Positions 49,326-58,964 of a stretch of DNA of 64,000 nt are shown in pieces; within the stretch, counting starts at the first letter, position 1, and every line of letters begins with the position of its first letter. The notes under the pieces are model-generated. The model worked only from the letters and a program-made list of their open reading frames with translations. It did not search any database and was not told the DNA's origin. Both the position numbers and the translations under genes were made by a program. The stretch lies in NCBI GenBank assembly GCA_030834985.1, contig JAUQWV010000006.1, forward strand, positions 140,168-204,167, given 5' to 3'. Source of the DNA: Candidatus Dojkabacteria bacterium. Lineage in GTDB: Bacteria > Patescibacteriota > Dojkabacteria > J137.

Positions 49326-50413
49326 GAGCAAGACAACAAAAAAACAGCACTGTAAATGGTTGTGCAGCATTATTTCTATTTATAATAATAGTATTACTGA
49401 TTATTGGATTCGTAGGATTCAACTGGTATACGGCAGCTGCAAATAACCCTAATTCTACAAATGAAGAGATTGTTACTTTTAAAGTAGAAGAAGGTGATAA
49501 CTTAACCAGCATTGCACCAAGACTAGAAAAAGCAGGGTTAATTCAGAGCGAATTGGCTTTGAAAATCTATTTAAGGTTAAATAATTTATCGCCAAGTATT
49601 AAAGCTGGCGATTACTCTATCTCTAAAAATCTTACTTTAGCCGAACTAATCGGCCAGCTTGAAACTGGCGTCTTTAAAAAATCTATTTGGGTAACATTAA
49701 GAGAAGCGTTACGACCAGACCAAGCAGCAATAATTATTGATGAAGAATTCGATGATGTAGGAGACCTAAAGAAATTCTCGGCTAGTGAGTATATTGCAAT
49801 AAACGATAATCCTGCAGCTTATCAATTTGAAGCTGATGTGCAGGCATTCTTAGATACATACAAGCCGGCTAGTGCGCCGTTGATCGGCTTTCTTTATCCA
49901 GACACCTACAACTTGAATGCCGATTCAACGGCGCTCCAAGTAATTAATAAGCAAATTCAAACTTTTATTTCTAGACTTAGCGAAAATGGAATTGATCCAG
50001 CTAACTACAATCCAAGTGGAGACTTTAATAGCTTTTATGAAGCGCTTATTTTAGCCTCAATAATTGATAAAGAAGCTGCTGGAGCCGATGACAGACAATT
50101 AATTTCAAGCGTTTTTCATAACAGATTAGAAAACTCTTGGCCACTACAGTCAGATGCAACAATTAATTTCTATACTAAACGTGACGACCCTAGATCAACG
50201 CTTGAAGAAACCCAAATGGATCATCCGTATAACTCATACCTATACGCAGGCTTAGTGCCAACACCAATTAATAGTCCTGGGGTTGTATCAATTTACGCAT
50301 CTATAAATCCAAAAGAATCGAACTACTTTTTCTTTAGACACGATAAAGACGCAAATATTTACTTTTCAGAAACATTAAGCGAACATAACCAAAGTATATA
50401 TCTATATCCTTAA
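49322..50413 (+). CDS. mltG: Endolytic murein transglycosylase MltG (YceG family)
   Basis: 363 aa. N-terminal TM. YceG core with ...FLYPDTYNL... and ...YAGLVPTPINSPG... motifs. ATGA start overlaps the ruvX stop. Confidence 0.8.
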   Translation: MRARQQKNSTVNGCAALFLFIIIVLLIIGFVGFNWYTAAANNPNSTNEEIVTFKVEEGDNLTSIAPRLEKAGLIQSELALKIYLRLNNLSPSIKAGDYSISKNLTLAELIGQLETGVFKKSIWVTLREALRPDQAAIIIDEEFDDVGDLKKFSASEYIAINDNPAAYQFEADVQAFLDTYKPASAPLIGFLYPDTYNLNADSTALQVINKQIQTFISRLSENGIDPANYNPSGDFNSFYEALILASIIDKEAAGADDRQLISSVFHNRLENSWPLQSDATINFYTKRDDPRSTLEETQMDHPYNSYLYAGLVPTPINSPGVVSIYASINPKESNYFFFRHDKDANIYFSETLSEHNQSIYLYP

Positions 50414-50416
50414 TCA

Positions 50417-50791
50417 ATGGAGGAAGACGTTTACAGTAGATTACCGAAAAAAATTAAGTTTGAGCTCAATTTACCTACATTAGTAGGCGGGATTCTAACA
50501 ATTATGTTTGCATTTGTTTTACCTATTGCACTAATTACATCTTACGAGGCTACACCTAATACACAGAACTCAATACAAACAACAAATAACCTACCAAGTG
50601 GAGGGCAAGTAGCAGGTGTAAGTACACAGAAAGATGAAAATATAATCCGCTTACCAATAATTAACGAATTTGTTTCATTGGAAGGTCAAAGCGGAAGCTT
50701 AATAATTATTGGATTATTACTTTTAGGGATATCTTTAATTGTTATTCTTTTTTTAATTTTTGACTCGTTAAAACGAAATTCTAAATCTTAA
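50417..50791 (+). CDS. Hypothetical membrane protein (two TM helices)
   Basis: 124 aa. TM LVGGILTIMFAFVLPIALI and LIIIGLLLLGISLIVILFLIF. Confidence 0.45.
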   Translation: MEEDVYSRLPKKIKFELNLPTLVGGILTIMFAFVLPIALITSYEATPNTQNSIQTTNNLPSGGQVAGVSTQKDENIIRLPIINEFVSLEGQSGSLIIIGLLLLGISLIVILFLIFDSLKRNSKS

Positions 50792-50800
50792 ACTTAATTT

Positions 50801-51256
50801 ATGCTTACAAAAATCCAAGATCTATCAAATAAATATTATCTGCACGTGATTTTTCTATTCAGCTTTACTTCTGTAATTGGAAGTTTGTATTTTAGTAACG
50901 TATTAATGATAGAGCCTTGTTATTTATGCTGGTGGCAAAGGATTTTTATGTATCCTCTATTTTTTTTGAGTGCTGTTAGCCTGATTTTTAAAATCAGATT
51001 ACAAAAATTGCACGTTTTAGCTTTAACTATTCCAGGTTTATTATTTGCTTTATACCATTATCTAATGCAAACATTTGGTTTATTTAAGGAATTTTCTACC
51101 TGTACAGCAACATCCAAACCTTGCGATGCTGTTGATGTTGTGTACTTAGGCTTTATAACAATTCCGTTTTTATCGTTAATGGCATTTATTGTAATAAACT
51201 TGATAGTTATAAGTTCTGTTAACTTTCCAACTTTACAAGAAAGATTAAAAAAGTAA
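50801..51256 (+). CDS. Disulfide bond formation protein B (DsbB/BdbC family)
   Basis: 151 aa. Four TM helices. First periplasmic loop EPCYLCWWQRIFMYP (CxxC). Second Cys pair TCTATSKPCD. Confidence 0.75.
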   Translation: MLTKIQDLSNKYYLHVIFLFSFTSVIGSLYFSNVLMIEPCYLCWWQRIFMYPLFFLSAVSLIFKIRLQKLHVLALTIPGLLFALYHYLMQTFGLFKEFSTCTATSKPCDAVDVVYLGFITIPFLSLMAFIVINLIVISSVNFPTLQERLKK

Positions 51257-51259
51257 AAA

Positions 51260-51281
51260 ATCCCGGCCTCTTGGGCCGGGA
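51260..51281. terminator. Hairpin terminator between convergent dsbB-like and lexA genes
   Basis: The sequence tcccggcc-tcttg-ggccggga has an A-run upstream. On the minus strand it is followed by TTTTTT, so it probably terminates lexA. Confidence 0.6.
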
Positions 51282-51453
51282 AAGCAGTAAATACAATTTA
51301 AAACACAAGTCAAACTAGTTAAGCATATTGAACTCCGAATAGTCTTGCTGTGAAGATAGCAACCTGTTCTTTTATTGATTTCTTTCTTAAATCAACTGCC
51401 CTTTTGTAGTCTACGTTTGTCATAAATAAAATAGTTAAAAAGTAAAGTGCTTG

Positions 51454-52128
51454 TTAATAAACAGGATTTTCTAAAACTGCAATCACTTTGCCATTTATAA
51501 AACCTGCTACATCATCCTTTAAATAAATTGGTGAATGTATTGGATTATTACTTTCAGGATATAAAATTACTGAATTCTGACTTCGCTTAAATGTTTTAAT
51601 CGTTGCTGCATTATCAACAACAGCCAAAACAACATCTCCATCGTTAATGTTGGTATTTTTTTCTATAACTACATAGTTACGATCAAGAATTGGAACTTTA
51701 TTGACTTCCCGTAAATTCATAGAGTCACCTTTAACAATAAGTGCAAATGTATTTTTAGAATCTTTAATAAGATCGCGGTCAATTTTTATTGATCCTATAA
51801 TATCCTCTTCTGCAAATACTAATGGAGCACCAGCATTAGCATATCCTAATATAGGTACACTGAAGGTATCCGAAATACTGCCACTACCATTCGTTAAAAT
51901 AATGCCTCTTGGCTTACTGGTTCGATACAAATAGCCTTTTTTCTCTAATGCGTCTAAATGCTTTACTACCCCCCTTTTTGTTTTTATGCCAAGTAACTCG
52001 CTAAGCTCTGATAGTGTTGGCGGTTGGTCATTTTCATTTATATAAGATTGAATTGCATTTAATACTAATTGTTGCTTTTGAGTTAACATGATATACCAAG
52101 TTAAATTTAATATACTTATATGGTACAC
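51454..52128 (-). CDS. lexA: LexA repressor (start may be the internal Met at 52089)
   Basis: 224 aa. N-terminal wHTH LTQKQQLVLNAIQSYINENDQPPTLSELSELLGIKTKRGVVKHLDALEKKGYL. Autocleavage-site region. S24 peptidase with Ser (GDSMNL) and Lys (VIEKNT... AVVDNAATIKTFKR). Confidence 0.85.
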   Translation of the reverse strand: MYHISILNLTWYIMLTQKQQLVLNAIQSYINENDQPPTLSELSELLGIKTKRGVVKHLDALEKKGYLYRTSKPRGIILTNGSGSISDTFSVPILGYANAGAPLVFAEEDIIGSIKIDRDLIKDSKNTFALIVKGDSMNLREVNKVPILDRNYVVIEKNTNINDGDVVLAVVDNAATIKTFKRSQNSVILYPESNNPIHSPIYLKDDVAGFINGKVIAVLENPVY

Positions 52129-52136
52129 TTGGTATA
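52092..52136. promoter_or_regulatory. 10-bp perfect inverted repeat pair TATACCAAGT ... ACTTGGTATA (25-bp spacing) overlapping the annotated lexA 5' end; candidate operator/promoter element
   Basis: Left arm 52092..52101 and right arm 52127..52136 are perfect reverse complements. A TTAAATTTAA palindrome sits between them. If lexA starts at Met14 (52089), both arms lie upstream of the gene. Confidence 0.3.
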
Positions 52137-52205
52137 CTAAATAATGTCAAGAGTTTTTTATAAGAAATTTTTGAAATTAAGCAAAAACACTAGTAGAATA
52201 ATATT

Positions 52206-52556
52206 ATGAGTAATAATTTTTTATTAAAAACAGCTCTTATTTTAGGAACTCTTACTGCTGCTGCAAGTGCTGCCGCAGTTGCCCTATCAAATGACGAAAA
52301 TAAAGTAAAAGTTAAGAAAGCGGCATCTGAATTTAAAGATAAGACTGGAGAAGTAATTAAAGATCTGGAACGTGATTATAAAGAATTTGATAAAGGAGTA
52401 AATAAATTTTCAAAAACAAAAGAATATAAAGATAAAGTGGACGAAATAAGCGCAGCAACAAAGAATATCTTAAAGCAACTTCAAGTTATTAGAACCAACT
52501 CTTCTGAAATCCTTTCTGAAGTAGGTTCAGAAGCTAAAAGAGCTTTTACCAAATAA
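52206..52556 (+). CDS. Hypothetical secreted Lys-rich protein
   Basis: 116 aa. Signal-peptide-like N-terminus LLKTALILGTLTAAASAAAVA. Lys/Glu-rich helical remainder. Confidence 0.45.
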   Translation: MSNNFLLKTALILGTLTAAASAAAVALSNDENKVKVKKAASEFKDKTGEVIKDLERDYKEFDKGVNKFSKTKEYKDKVDEISAATKNILKQLQVIRTNSSEILSEVGSEAKRAFTK

Positions 52557-52616
52557 TACTCCGGTAGACAGTAGCATCCTTTTAGAATATAATTCGGAGC
52601 AAAAATAAACCTACAT

Positions 52617-52688
52617 TCCGCCTTAGCTCAGCGGTAGAGCGCTCGCCTGTTAAGCGATTGGTCGCTGGTTCGAATCCAGCAGGCGGAG
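52617..52688 (+). tRNA. tRNA-Asn (anticodon GUU)
   Basis: The sequence TCCGCCTTAGCTCAGCGGTAGAGCGCTCGCCTGTTAAGCGATTGGTCGCTGGTTCGAATCCAGCAGGCGGAG has a perfect 7-bp acceptor stem, anticodon loop CTGTTAA and T-loop TTCGAAT. Confidence 0.85.
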
Positions 52689-52751
52689 ATTTTAATAAAA
52701 ACTCTGATAAAAATTCTTAATACTATTCCCGGAAGATAATCGATAGGTTTC

Positions 52752-52783
52752 AAAGAGGGTGCGGGCTTGCCCGCACCCTCTTT
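52752..52783 (+). terminator. Intrinsic terminator downstream of tRNA-Asn
   Basis: A 15-bp stem aaagagggtgcgggc-tt-gcccgcaccctcttt followed by a T-rich tail. Confidence 0.75.
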
Positions 52784-53000
52784 GTTTCAGAATTTGGGAA
52801 AAGGTTGCTCCTGTAGATACCGGTTATCATCCAGCTCTACAGTCAACCATTTCCCAACTGCGATGATATAACGGATGGTTCTTTTTACTACGTTCATAAC
52901 CAATCCCCCATATATATCGTTATATAATTATAACATTTAATATCCTTTACTAACCACTCTGCTTGCTTTATCATTAAGTCAATATTGTTATAATCTTTGC

Positions 53001-54101
53001 ATGAAAAAGACCATTCAAAACTTAGAAATTCCAAGTATTTTCTTTTTAATTTCTTTGGTGCTGTTAGGTTTGGTTGTATTTAGACTATTCTCTCCTTACT
53101 TAAATATAATTATCATTTCTTTAGTAATTACTCAGATATTTCATCCTCTTTACAGATTTTTATATAGAAAAACCAGAAGTGCTGGCTTAAGTACACTAAT
53201 ATCAGTATTAACAACATTAATTAGTGTTATTGTTCCATTAATAATTATCCTAATCTTAACCATAAATGAAATTAGGACTCTTACTGAATCAGGTAATTTG
53301 CTAAATATTGTTGGAAATCTTGAAGGCTCAATAAATAATTCAATTAACAATATTAATAACGGTATATTAAGCACTACCGGATTTCAACTATCGCAACTTG
53401 AACTAAGAGCACTATTAATTGAACTTTTAGGCAATTTAAGAGACCAGCTTTTGCCAGTTGCTTCACAGATATTGTCACTAAGCGGCGAAATTTTGTTTAA
53501 TCTATTCTTACTAGTGTTATCCCTAGGCTACTTTTTCCCAATGTTCGATAAATTACCTCAGATACTTAGAAAAATTTCGCCGTTGGACGATAAAGTAGAT
53601 CAGATCGCATTTGAAAAGTTAAGACAAACAACAAAAGGAGTTCTTAAAGGTACTTTGGTTGTAGCAGTATTACAAGCTACTGCTGTATTAATTCCAATGA
53701 TGTTAATGGGAGTTGGTGCACCAATATTACTTTGGTTAATTATGGTATTTTTATCAATAATACCTGTAGGATCGGGACTTGTATGGGGGCCAGTAGGAGC
53801 AGCTTTTATACTGGGAGGACTTTCTACTGGAAATTCAACTCAAGTAATCTTAGGCGTACTGTTAATTATTTATAGTGCAATTATTATTAATGTAATTGAC
53901 ACTACATTCAGACCTAAATTAATGCGTGGAGCTGTTAACATACATCCATTAGCTGCAGTATTCAGTGTATTAGGAGGACTTTCAATGTTTGGCTTCTTGG
54001 GTATTCTTTATGGGCCAATGCTTTTAGTTGTATTCTTATCATTTGCAGAGATTTACAATAAAAATTTTCTAAAAACGGATGGGCATGAAATTTCTACATG
54101 A
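53001..54101 (+). CDS. AI-2E family transporter (PerM/YhhT-like, UPF0118)
   Basis: 366 aa. 7-8 TM helices. Conserved central glycine-rich helix (VVAVLQATAVLIPMMLMGVGAP) and C-terminal GxxxG-rich TM. Confidence 0.65.
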   Translation: MKKTIQNLEIPSIFFLISLVLLGLVVFRLFSPYLNIIIISLVITQIFHPLYRFLYRKTRSAGLSTLISVLTTLISVIVPLIIILILTINEIRTLTESGNLLNIVGNLEGSINNSINNINNGILSTTGFQLSQLELRALLIELLGNLRDQLLPVASQILSLSGEILFNLFLLVLSLGYFFPMFDKLPQILRKISPLDDKVDQIAFEKLRQTTKGVLKGTLVVAVLQATAVLIPMMLMGVGAPILLWLIMVFLSIIPVGSGLVWGPVGAAFILGGLSTGNSTQVILGVLLIIYSAIIINVIDTTFRPKLMRGAVNIHPLAAVFSVLGGLSMFGFLGILYGPMLLVVFLSFAEIYNKNFLKTDGHEIST

Positions 54102-54330
54102 TAAGCAATTTTACTATTCACTCTTAATTGCAGTATTTACAGGATTAGCATTCATTATATATATGCTAACTATTGGCATACCTAAAACTGCATCCGCTAA
54201 TTATTATCATTTAGCTAAGCAGCAAGAAGGACTTGGAGATTTAGATCTAGCAAAGAAATATTTAGAACTTTCAATCAATGCTTATCCAGAAGAACCTGTT
54301 CTTGAAGATTACGAAAGATTGGCCAAATAA
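54079..54330 (+). CDS. Small membrane protein with a TPR-like tail
   Basis: 83 aa. Overlaps the previous gene by 23 nt. One TM (LLIAVFTGLAFIIYMLTI). Confidence 0.35.
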   Translation: MGMKFLHDKQFYYSLLIAVFTGLAFIIYMLTIGIPKTASANYYHLAKQQEGLGDLDLAKKYLELSINAYPEEPVLEDYERLAK

Positions 54331-55235
54331 AAGTAATTCTTAAACTCATCACGTTTTTTACCTTCCTCTTGAAGCTCTAAAACTTCTAAGCATCCATTCT
54401 CTAAACAAAGCAACAGTTTCTTATCTTTTTTTATAAACTTTAATCCTTCACTGCTTTCTACATGTTCAGAAACTATCGCTTTAAAAATTTTTATCATTTT
54501 GCTATTTACACTCACCCAAGCAACAGGCCATGGATTAAATGCTCTAATCATTCTTTCTGCTAATTTAATATCAGTATCAAATTTTATTTCAGCTTTTTCT
54601 TTTGAGATATCATCTTTGTAGCAATAAGTAGCTTTTGTTTCCTCTTGCGGGTGCTCTTCTACTTCGCCAGCTATCCATGCTGGAAGAATTTCTTCAAGAA
54701 GCTCGGCTCCATCTTGTGCAAGTTCATACATTAAAATATCTGTAGTTTCTGTTCCATTTAGAAGTTTCTCTTTTGTTCCAATTAAAGGGCCAGCATCCAT
54801 TTGATAAACCATTCGCTGAATTGATACTCCTATTTTTTCTAACCCATTGAGAATAGACATTTGAACAGGAACAGCTCCACGTAGTTGAGGTAGAATCGAT
54901 CCATGAATGTTCAAAGTTTTGTACTTAGGATAATTCAAGAGCTCTTCAGGCAAGATTTGTCCGTAAGAAGCTACAATTATTAATTCTGGTTGATATTTAT
55001 CCAGTAGGATCTGGGATTCTAAGCGAATTTTTGCAGGTTTTTCGATAGGTATATTAATGCTACTTTGCTGCAAAAATTCGCCCACAGGCGTAGCTGTAAG
55101 TATTTGCTTCCTACCTACCGGCTTATCCGGCTGAGTGATAACTGCGGTTAATTCAATTAAATCGCTATGCAAAAGTTTGTCTAAAATCGGGACTGCAAAC
55201 TCTCCACTCCCAATAAAAATTGTCCTTATCTTCAT
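54309..55235 (-). CDS. fmt: Methionyl-tRNA formyltransferase
   Basis: 308 aa. MKIRTIFIGSGEFAVPIL. Formyl-transferase core NIHGSILPQLRGAVPVQMSILNG (HxSLLPxxRG motif). C-terminal Fmt domain. Confidence 0.85.
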   Translation of the reverse strand: MKIRTIFIGSGEFAVPILDKLLHSDLIELTAVITQPDKPVGRKQILTATPVGEFLQQSSINIPIEKPAKIRLESQILLDKYQPELIIVASYGQILPEELLNYPKYKTLNIHGSILPQLRGAVPVQMSILNGLEKIGVSIQRMVYQMDAGPLIGTKEKLLNGTETTDILMYELAQDGAELLEEILPAWIAGEVEEHPQEETKATYCYKDDISKEKAEIKFDTDIKLAERMIRAFNPWPVAWVSVNSKMIKIFKAIVSEHVESSEGLKFIKKDKKLLLCLENGCLEVLELQEEGKKRDEFKNYFYLANLS

Positions 55236-55328
55236 AAACTTAATTTTATCATAGCTAGCGCTGAATATATTTGCCTGACTTTATCTTTAAGGTTAAAATT
55301 AATCGCTTAAGTATTTATTCATTCAATT

Positions 55329-58304
55329 ATGTTCAACAAGCCAAACCCAAAGCAAAAGTTCTTTGAACTGGAGCAAGAAATACTAAAGTTATGGAAAGCA
55401 AAAGACATTTTGAATAAATCAATTGATTCTAGACCTGAAGATAAATCTAAAACCTTTTATGATGGGCCTATCACCGCAAATGGCGCTCCACATATGGGTC
55501 ATGCTCTCACATTTTCAATGAAAGATATAATTCCACGATATTGGACAATGAAAGGATATAAAGTAAATAGAAGCTTGGGCTGGGATTGCCAAGGTTTACC
55601 TGTTGAGTATGAAGTTGAAAAAAGCTTAGGTTTTAAAGAGAAAAAAGATATAGAAGCATTCGGAATTGCTAAATTTAATGAGCTTTGTCGCAATCTCGTT
55701 TTAGAAAAAAGAGACAAGATAATTGAATTGGAAGAGATGATGGGTAGGCTTACAAATTCAGAGGAAGAATACGCAACAATGGATGCCACTTATATTGAAT
55801 CAATTTGGTGGTCTTTAAAAGAGCTATATACTAAAGGTTTACTGTACGAAGGATTCAAAGTTGTGCCATATTCTACAAGAGCTGGCACAACACTATCTAA
55901 TGCAGAAGTTGCGCTGGGCGGATACAAGAATTTTGTAGATCCTGCAATTACGGTTGAATTTCCATTAGAGGAAGATCCTATGGTTGTTATACTTGCTTGG
56001 ACAACTACTCCATGGACAATTCCAGGTAACCTTGGATTGGCTGTAGGTAAAGACATTACTTACATAAAAGTGCAGAAAGAAGGAAGTAATAAAAAATATA
56101 TTGTTGCAAAAGATTTAGCTGAATCTGTGTTTAAAGATCAGTCTTACAACGTAATTGAAGAATTAAATGCAAAAGATTTAGTTGGTAAAAAATATATCCC
56201 TCCATTTCAATTCTATAAAGGTAGGCCAAATGCACATCAAGTGTACGAAGGCTTTCATGTAACTACTGAATCTGGAACAGGAATTGTGCATTTGGCCCCT
56301 TATGGAGCTGAAGATAATGAAATATTCCAACAAGTTGGAATTGAAAGCTTTGACTACTTAGATGAACAAGGAGATTTTAAAGCAGAAATTGCACCTTACG
56401 CTGGAATGAATTATCGAGATGCAAATCCAAAGATTGTTGAAGATTTAAAAGAATTAGGTAATTTATTCAAGCACGAAGAGTATGAGCACGAAATGCCTAT
56501 GTGCTGGAGAACAAATACTCCATTAATCTACAAGCCCATAACATCATGGTATATAGCAATGAGCGGTCTTAGAAAAGAATTAGTTGCAAATAACGAAAAA
56601 ATTAATTGGAACCCTAAGCATGTAAAACATGGTAGATTCGGCAATTGGCTAGCAGAAATTAAAGATTGGGGAATCTCTAGAAGCCGATACTGGGGAACCC
56701 CTATTCCAGTTTGGAAAAGTGAATCTGGAAAAGTTATTGTAATTGGATCTTATGAAGAATTAAAAAATTACTCCGGTGTAGAAGTTACAGATCCACACAG
56801 ACCATTTATTGACGATGTAACTTTTGAACATGATGGCGAAACATATAAAAGAATTCCTGATGTATTGGACGTTTGGTACGACTCTGGAGCAATGCCATTT
56901 GCAAGATTTCACTATCCATTTGAAAACCAAGAGAAATTTGAAAATAAGTTCCCTGCAGAATACATTGCAGAAGGTGTAGATCAAACAAGAGGCTGGTTCT
57001 ACTCTCTTTTAGCTGAATCTACAGCACTTTTTGGTAAAGAAGCTTACAAAAATGTATTAATCAATGGAACAATAGTTGCTGATGATGGCGCCAAATTGAG
57101 TAAGAGTAAAAAGAATTATGTCGAGCCCGACATCTTGATCCAAGAATTTGGCGCCGACGTAATCCGTGTAAATTTCTTCAGTTCACCAATAGCATCTGGG
57201 GAAGACGCAGCAGTTAGTCCTAAAACTTTAAAGATTCAAACGCAAGAATTTATTCTTCCATTATGGAATATATTTACATACTTGATTACCTATGCAAATA
57301 TTCATAACTGGGAACCTAGTGAAAAATTAGCATACAATCAGCGAAAAGTTATAACTGACACTCATCCATGGGATCATATTCCATTTGACGATGTTGAAAA
57401 TGAACTTAATGCATGGATAATTTACAGATTGCAAGAAACAATTCATAACACAACAATTGCGCTTGATGCTTACGAAATCCAAAAATCGATTAAAAATATT
57501 AAAGATCTAATTGATGATATTTCAAAATGGTTTATTAGAAGTTCTCGTGATCAATTTGCAGAAGGAAATCAGGATTCTTTAGATACACTTTACTATGTAC
57601 TGGTAGAAACATTAAAGCTGCTTTCGCCATTTACTCCATTTATTACGGATCATATGTATCAAGAGCTTGTATTTAATAAGCTAGAAGGAGCTCAAGAGTC
57701 AATTCACTTAACAGACTATCCAGAAGCTGACCGGGCATATATTGAACAATACTCTCATTTAGCAAAAGAAATGGAGATAGTCCGAAAAATCTGTGAACTT
57801 GGACACACTTTAAGAGTTGCCAACCAGATTAAAGTAAGGCAGCCTTTGGGCCAACTACACATTAAAAGTACAAATGAATTGGTTCCAGTGTTGAGTCCAT
57901 GGATGACAAGAATTATTAAAAACGAATTAAATATAAAAGAAGTTTTAGATAAGCCAAGCATAACTGAAAGCGACACCCTAAAGGCTGCCGAAGATACATC
58001 ATTAAATATCATTGTCGGATTAGATATAAACATTTCAGATGAATTAAAAGATGAAGGTTTAGTACGAGAATTAACAAGAGGTCTTCAAGCTGGCAGAAAG
58101 AAAAAGGGTCTACAACAAGGAGATATGGTAACCGTATTATTAAATACAGATAATTCAGGTTTGAAATCAACTATTGAACGTAATATTGAACAAATCCAAA
58201 AAGCCGTTAACGCAAGCCTTATACAATTTAAAGAAGAGCTAAACGAGCCATTCGAAATTCAAATAGAAGGCGTTACATTAAAGGCTGAAATATCAGTAAA
58301 TTAA
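55329..58304 (+). CDS. ileS: Isoleucyl-tRNA synthetase (type-2-like, no C-terminal zinc finger)
   Basis: 991 aa. HIGH motif PITANGAPHMGHAL. WDCQGLPVE. KMSKS motif KLSKSKKNY. CP1 editing-domain insertion. Confidence 0.85.
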   Translation: MFNKPNPKQKFFELEQEILKLWKAKDILNKSIDSRPEDKSKTFYDGPITANGAPHMGHALTFSMKDIIPRYWTMKGYKVNRSLGWDCQGLPVEYEVEKSLGFKEKKDIEAFGIAKFNELCRNLVLEKRDKIIELEEMMGRLTNSEEEYATMDATYIESIWWSLKELYTKGLLYEGFKVVPYSTRAGTTLSNAEVALGGYKNFVDPAITVEFPLEEDPMVVILAWTTTPWTIPGNLGLAVGKDITYIKVQKEGSNKKYIVAKDLAESVFKDQSYNVIEELNAKDLVGKKYIPPFQFYKGRPNAHQVYEGFHVTTESGTGIVHLAPYGAEDNEIFQQVGIESFDYLDEQGDFKAEIAPYAGMNYRDANPKIVEDLKELGNLFKHEEYEHEMPMCWRTNTPLIYKPITSWYIAMSGLRKELVANNEKINWNPKHVKHGRFGNWLAEIKDWGISRSRYWGTPIPVWKSESGKVIVIGSYEELKNYSGVEVTDPHRPFIDDVTFEHDGETYKRIPDVLDVWYDSGAMPFARFHYPFENQEKFENKFPAEYIAEGVDQTRGWFYSLLAESTALFGKEAYKNVLINGTIVADDGAKLSKSKKNYVEPDILIQEFGADVIRVNFFSSPIASGEDAAVSPKTLKIQTQEFILPLWNIFTYLITYANIHNWEPSEKLAYNQRKVITDTHPWDHIPFDDVENELNAWIIYRLQETIHNTTIALDAYEIQKSIKNIKDLIDDISKWFIRSSRDQFAEGNQDSLDTLYYVLVETLKLLSPFTPFITDHMYQELVFNKLEGAQESIHLTDYPEADRAYIEQYSHLAKEMEIVRKICELGHTLRVANQIKVRQPLGQLHIKSTNELVPVLSPWMTRIIKNELNIKEVLDKPSITESDTLKAAEDTSLNIIVGLDINISDELKDEGLVRELTRGLQAGRKKKGLQQGDMVTVLLNTDNSGLKSTIERNIEQIQKAVNASLIQFKEELNEPFEIQIEGVTLKAEISVN

Positions 58305-58927
58305 TGGATGAGGAAATATTACAAGAGAATTTAACCGTCCCTGTTCTCGGATTTAATGTGCCGATAGAAGTTTACGACTTCTTTAGAACTGCGGGTATTG
58401 TTCTTGTACTCTGTATACTTGTTTACATATTTATTGCTACACCAAATCAAGTTGAAGGAGATTCGATGATTCCAACTTTAAGCAATAAAGATTTAATAAT
58501 TACAGATCGAGTCAGTCAATGGATGGGAAATATTCTTAAGGATAGTACATTTAGTTACGAAAGAGGCGATATCATTGTCTTTCAAAAACCTGGATTTAAA
58601 GACTTTGTAAAAAGGATTGTAGGTTTGCCAGGCGAAAGAATCTCTATTCATAATGGCCGAGTCTTTATTAACGAAGTTGAGCTTACCGAAGACTATATTT
58701 ATCAAGATTCAACAATGGGAGGTAACTTTATTACTAACGACGGACAAGAGATTCTTGTTCCAGAAAATCGATATTTTGTTTTAGGTGATAACCGCATTGA
58801 CAGCCTGGACTCACGATACGAAGATATTGGATTAATAAACCGTGACTGGATTAAAGGGAAAGTACTATTAAGATACTGGCCGCTCACAGTGTTCAATGTG
58901 TTCGAAAACCCCATGTATAATATTTAA
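58304..58927 (+). CDS. lepB: Signal peptidase I
   Basis: 207 aa. TM anchor. Catalytic Ser box GDSMIPTL. Lys box. GDNRIDSLDSRY motif. ATGA overlap with the ileS stop. Confidence 0.85.
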   Translation: MDEEILQENLTVPVLGFNVPIEVYDFFRTAGIVLVLCILVYIFIATPNQVEGDSMIPTLSNKDLIITDRVSQWMGNILKDSTFSYERGDIIVFQKPGFKDFVKRIVGLPGERISIHNGRVFINEVELTEDYIYQDSTMGGNFITNDGQEILVPENRYFVLGDNRIDSLDSRYEDIGLINRDWIKGKVLLRYWPLTVFNVFENPMYNI

Positions 58928-58964
58928 TCTTGCCTAAAATCAATTAATCTTGTAACGTATAGGT

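Noticed and set aside
52800-52915. 36-codon minus-strand ORF (MNVVKRTIRYIIAVGKWLTVELDDNRYLQEQPFPKF) in the gap after tRNA-Asn
   Set aside because: It is below the size threshold, has no clear RBS and no recognisable motif. I kept it only as a note.
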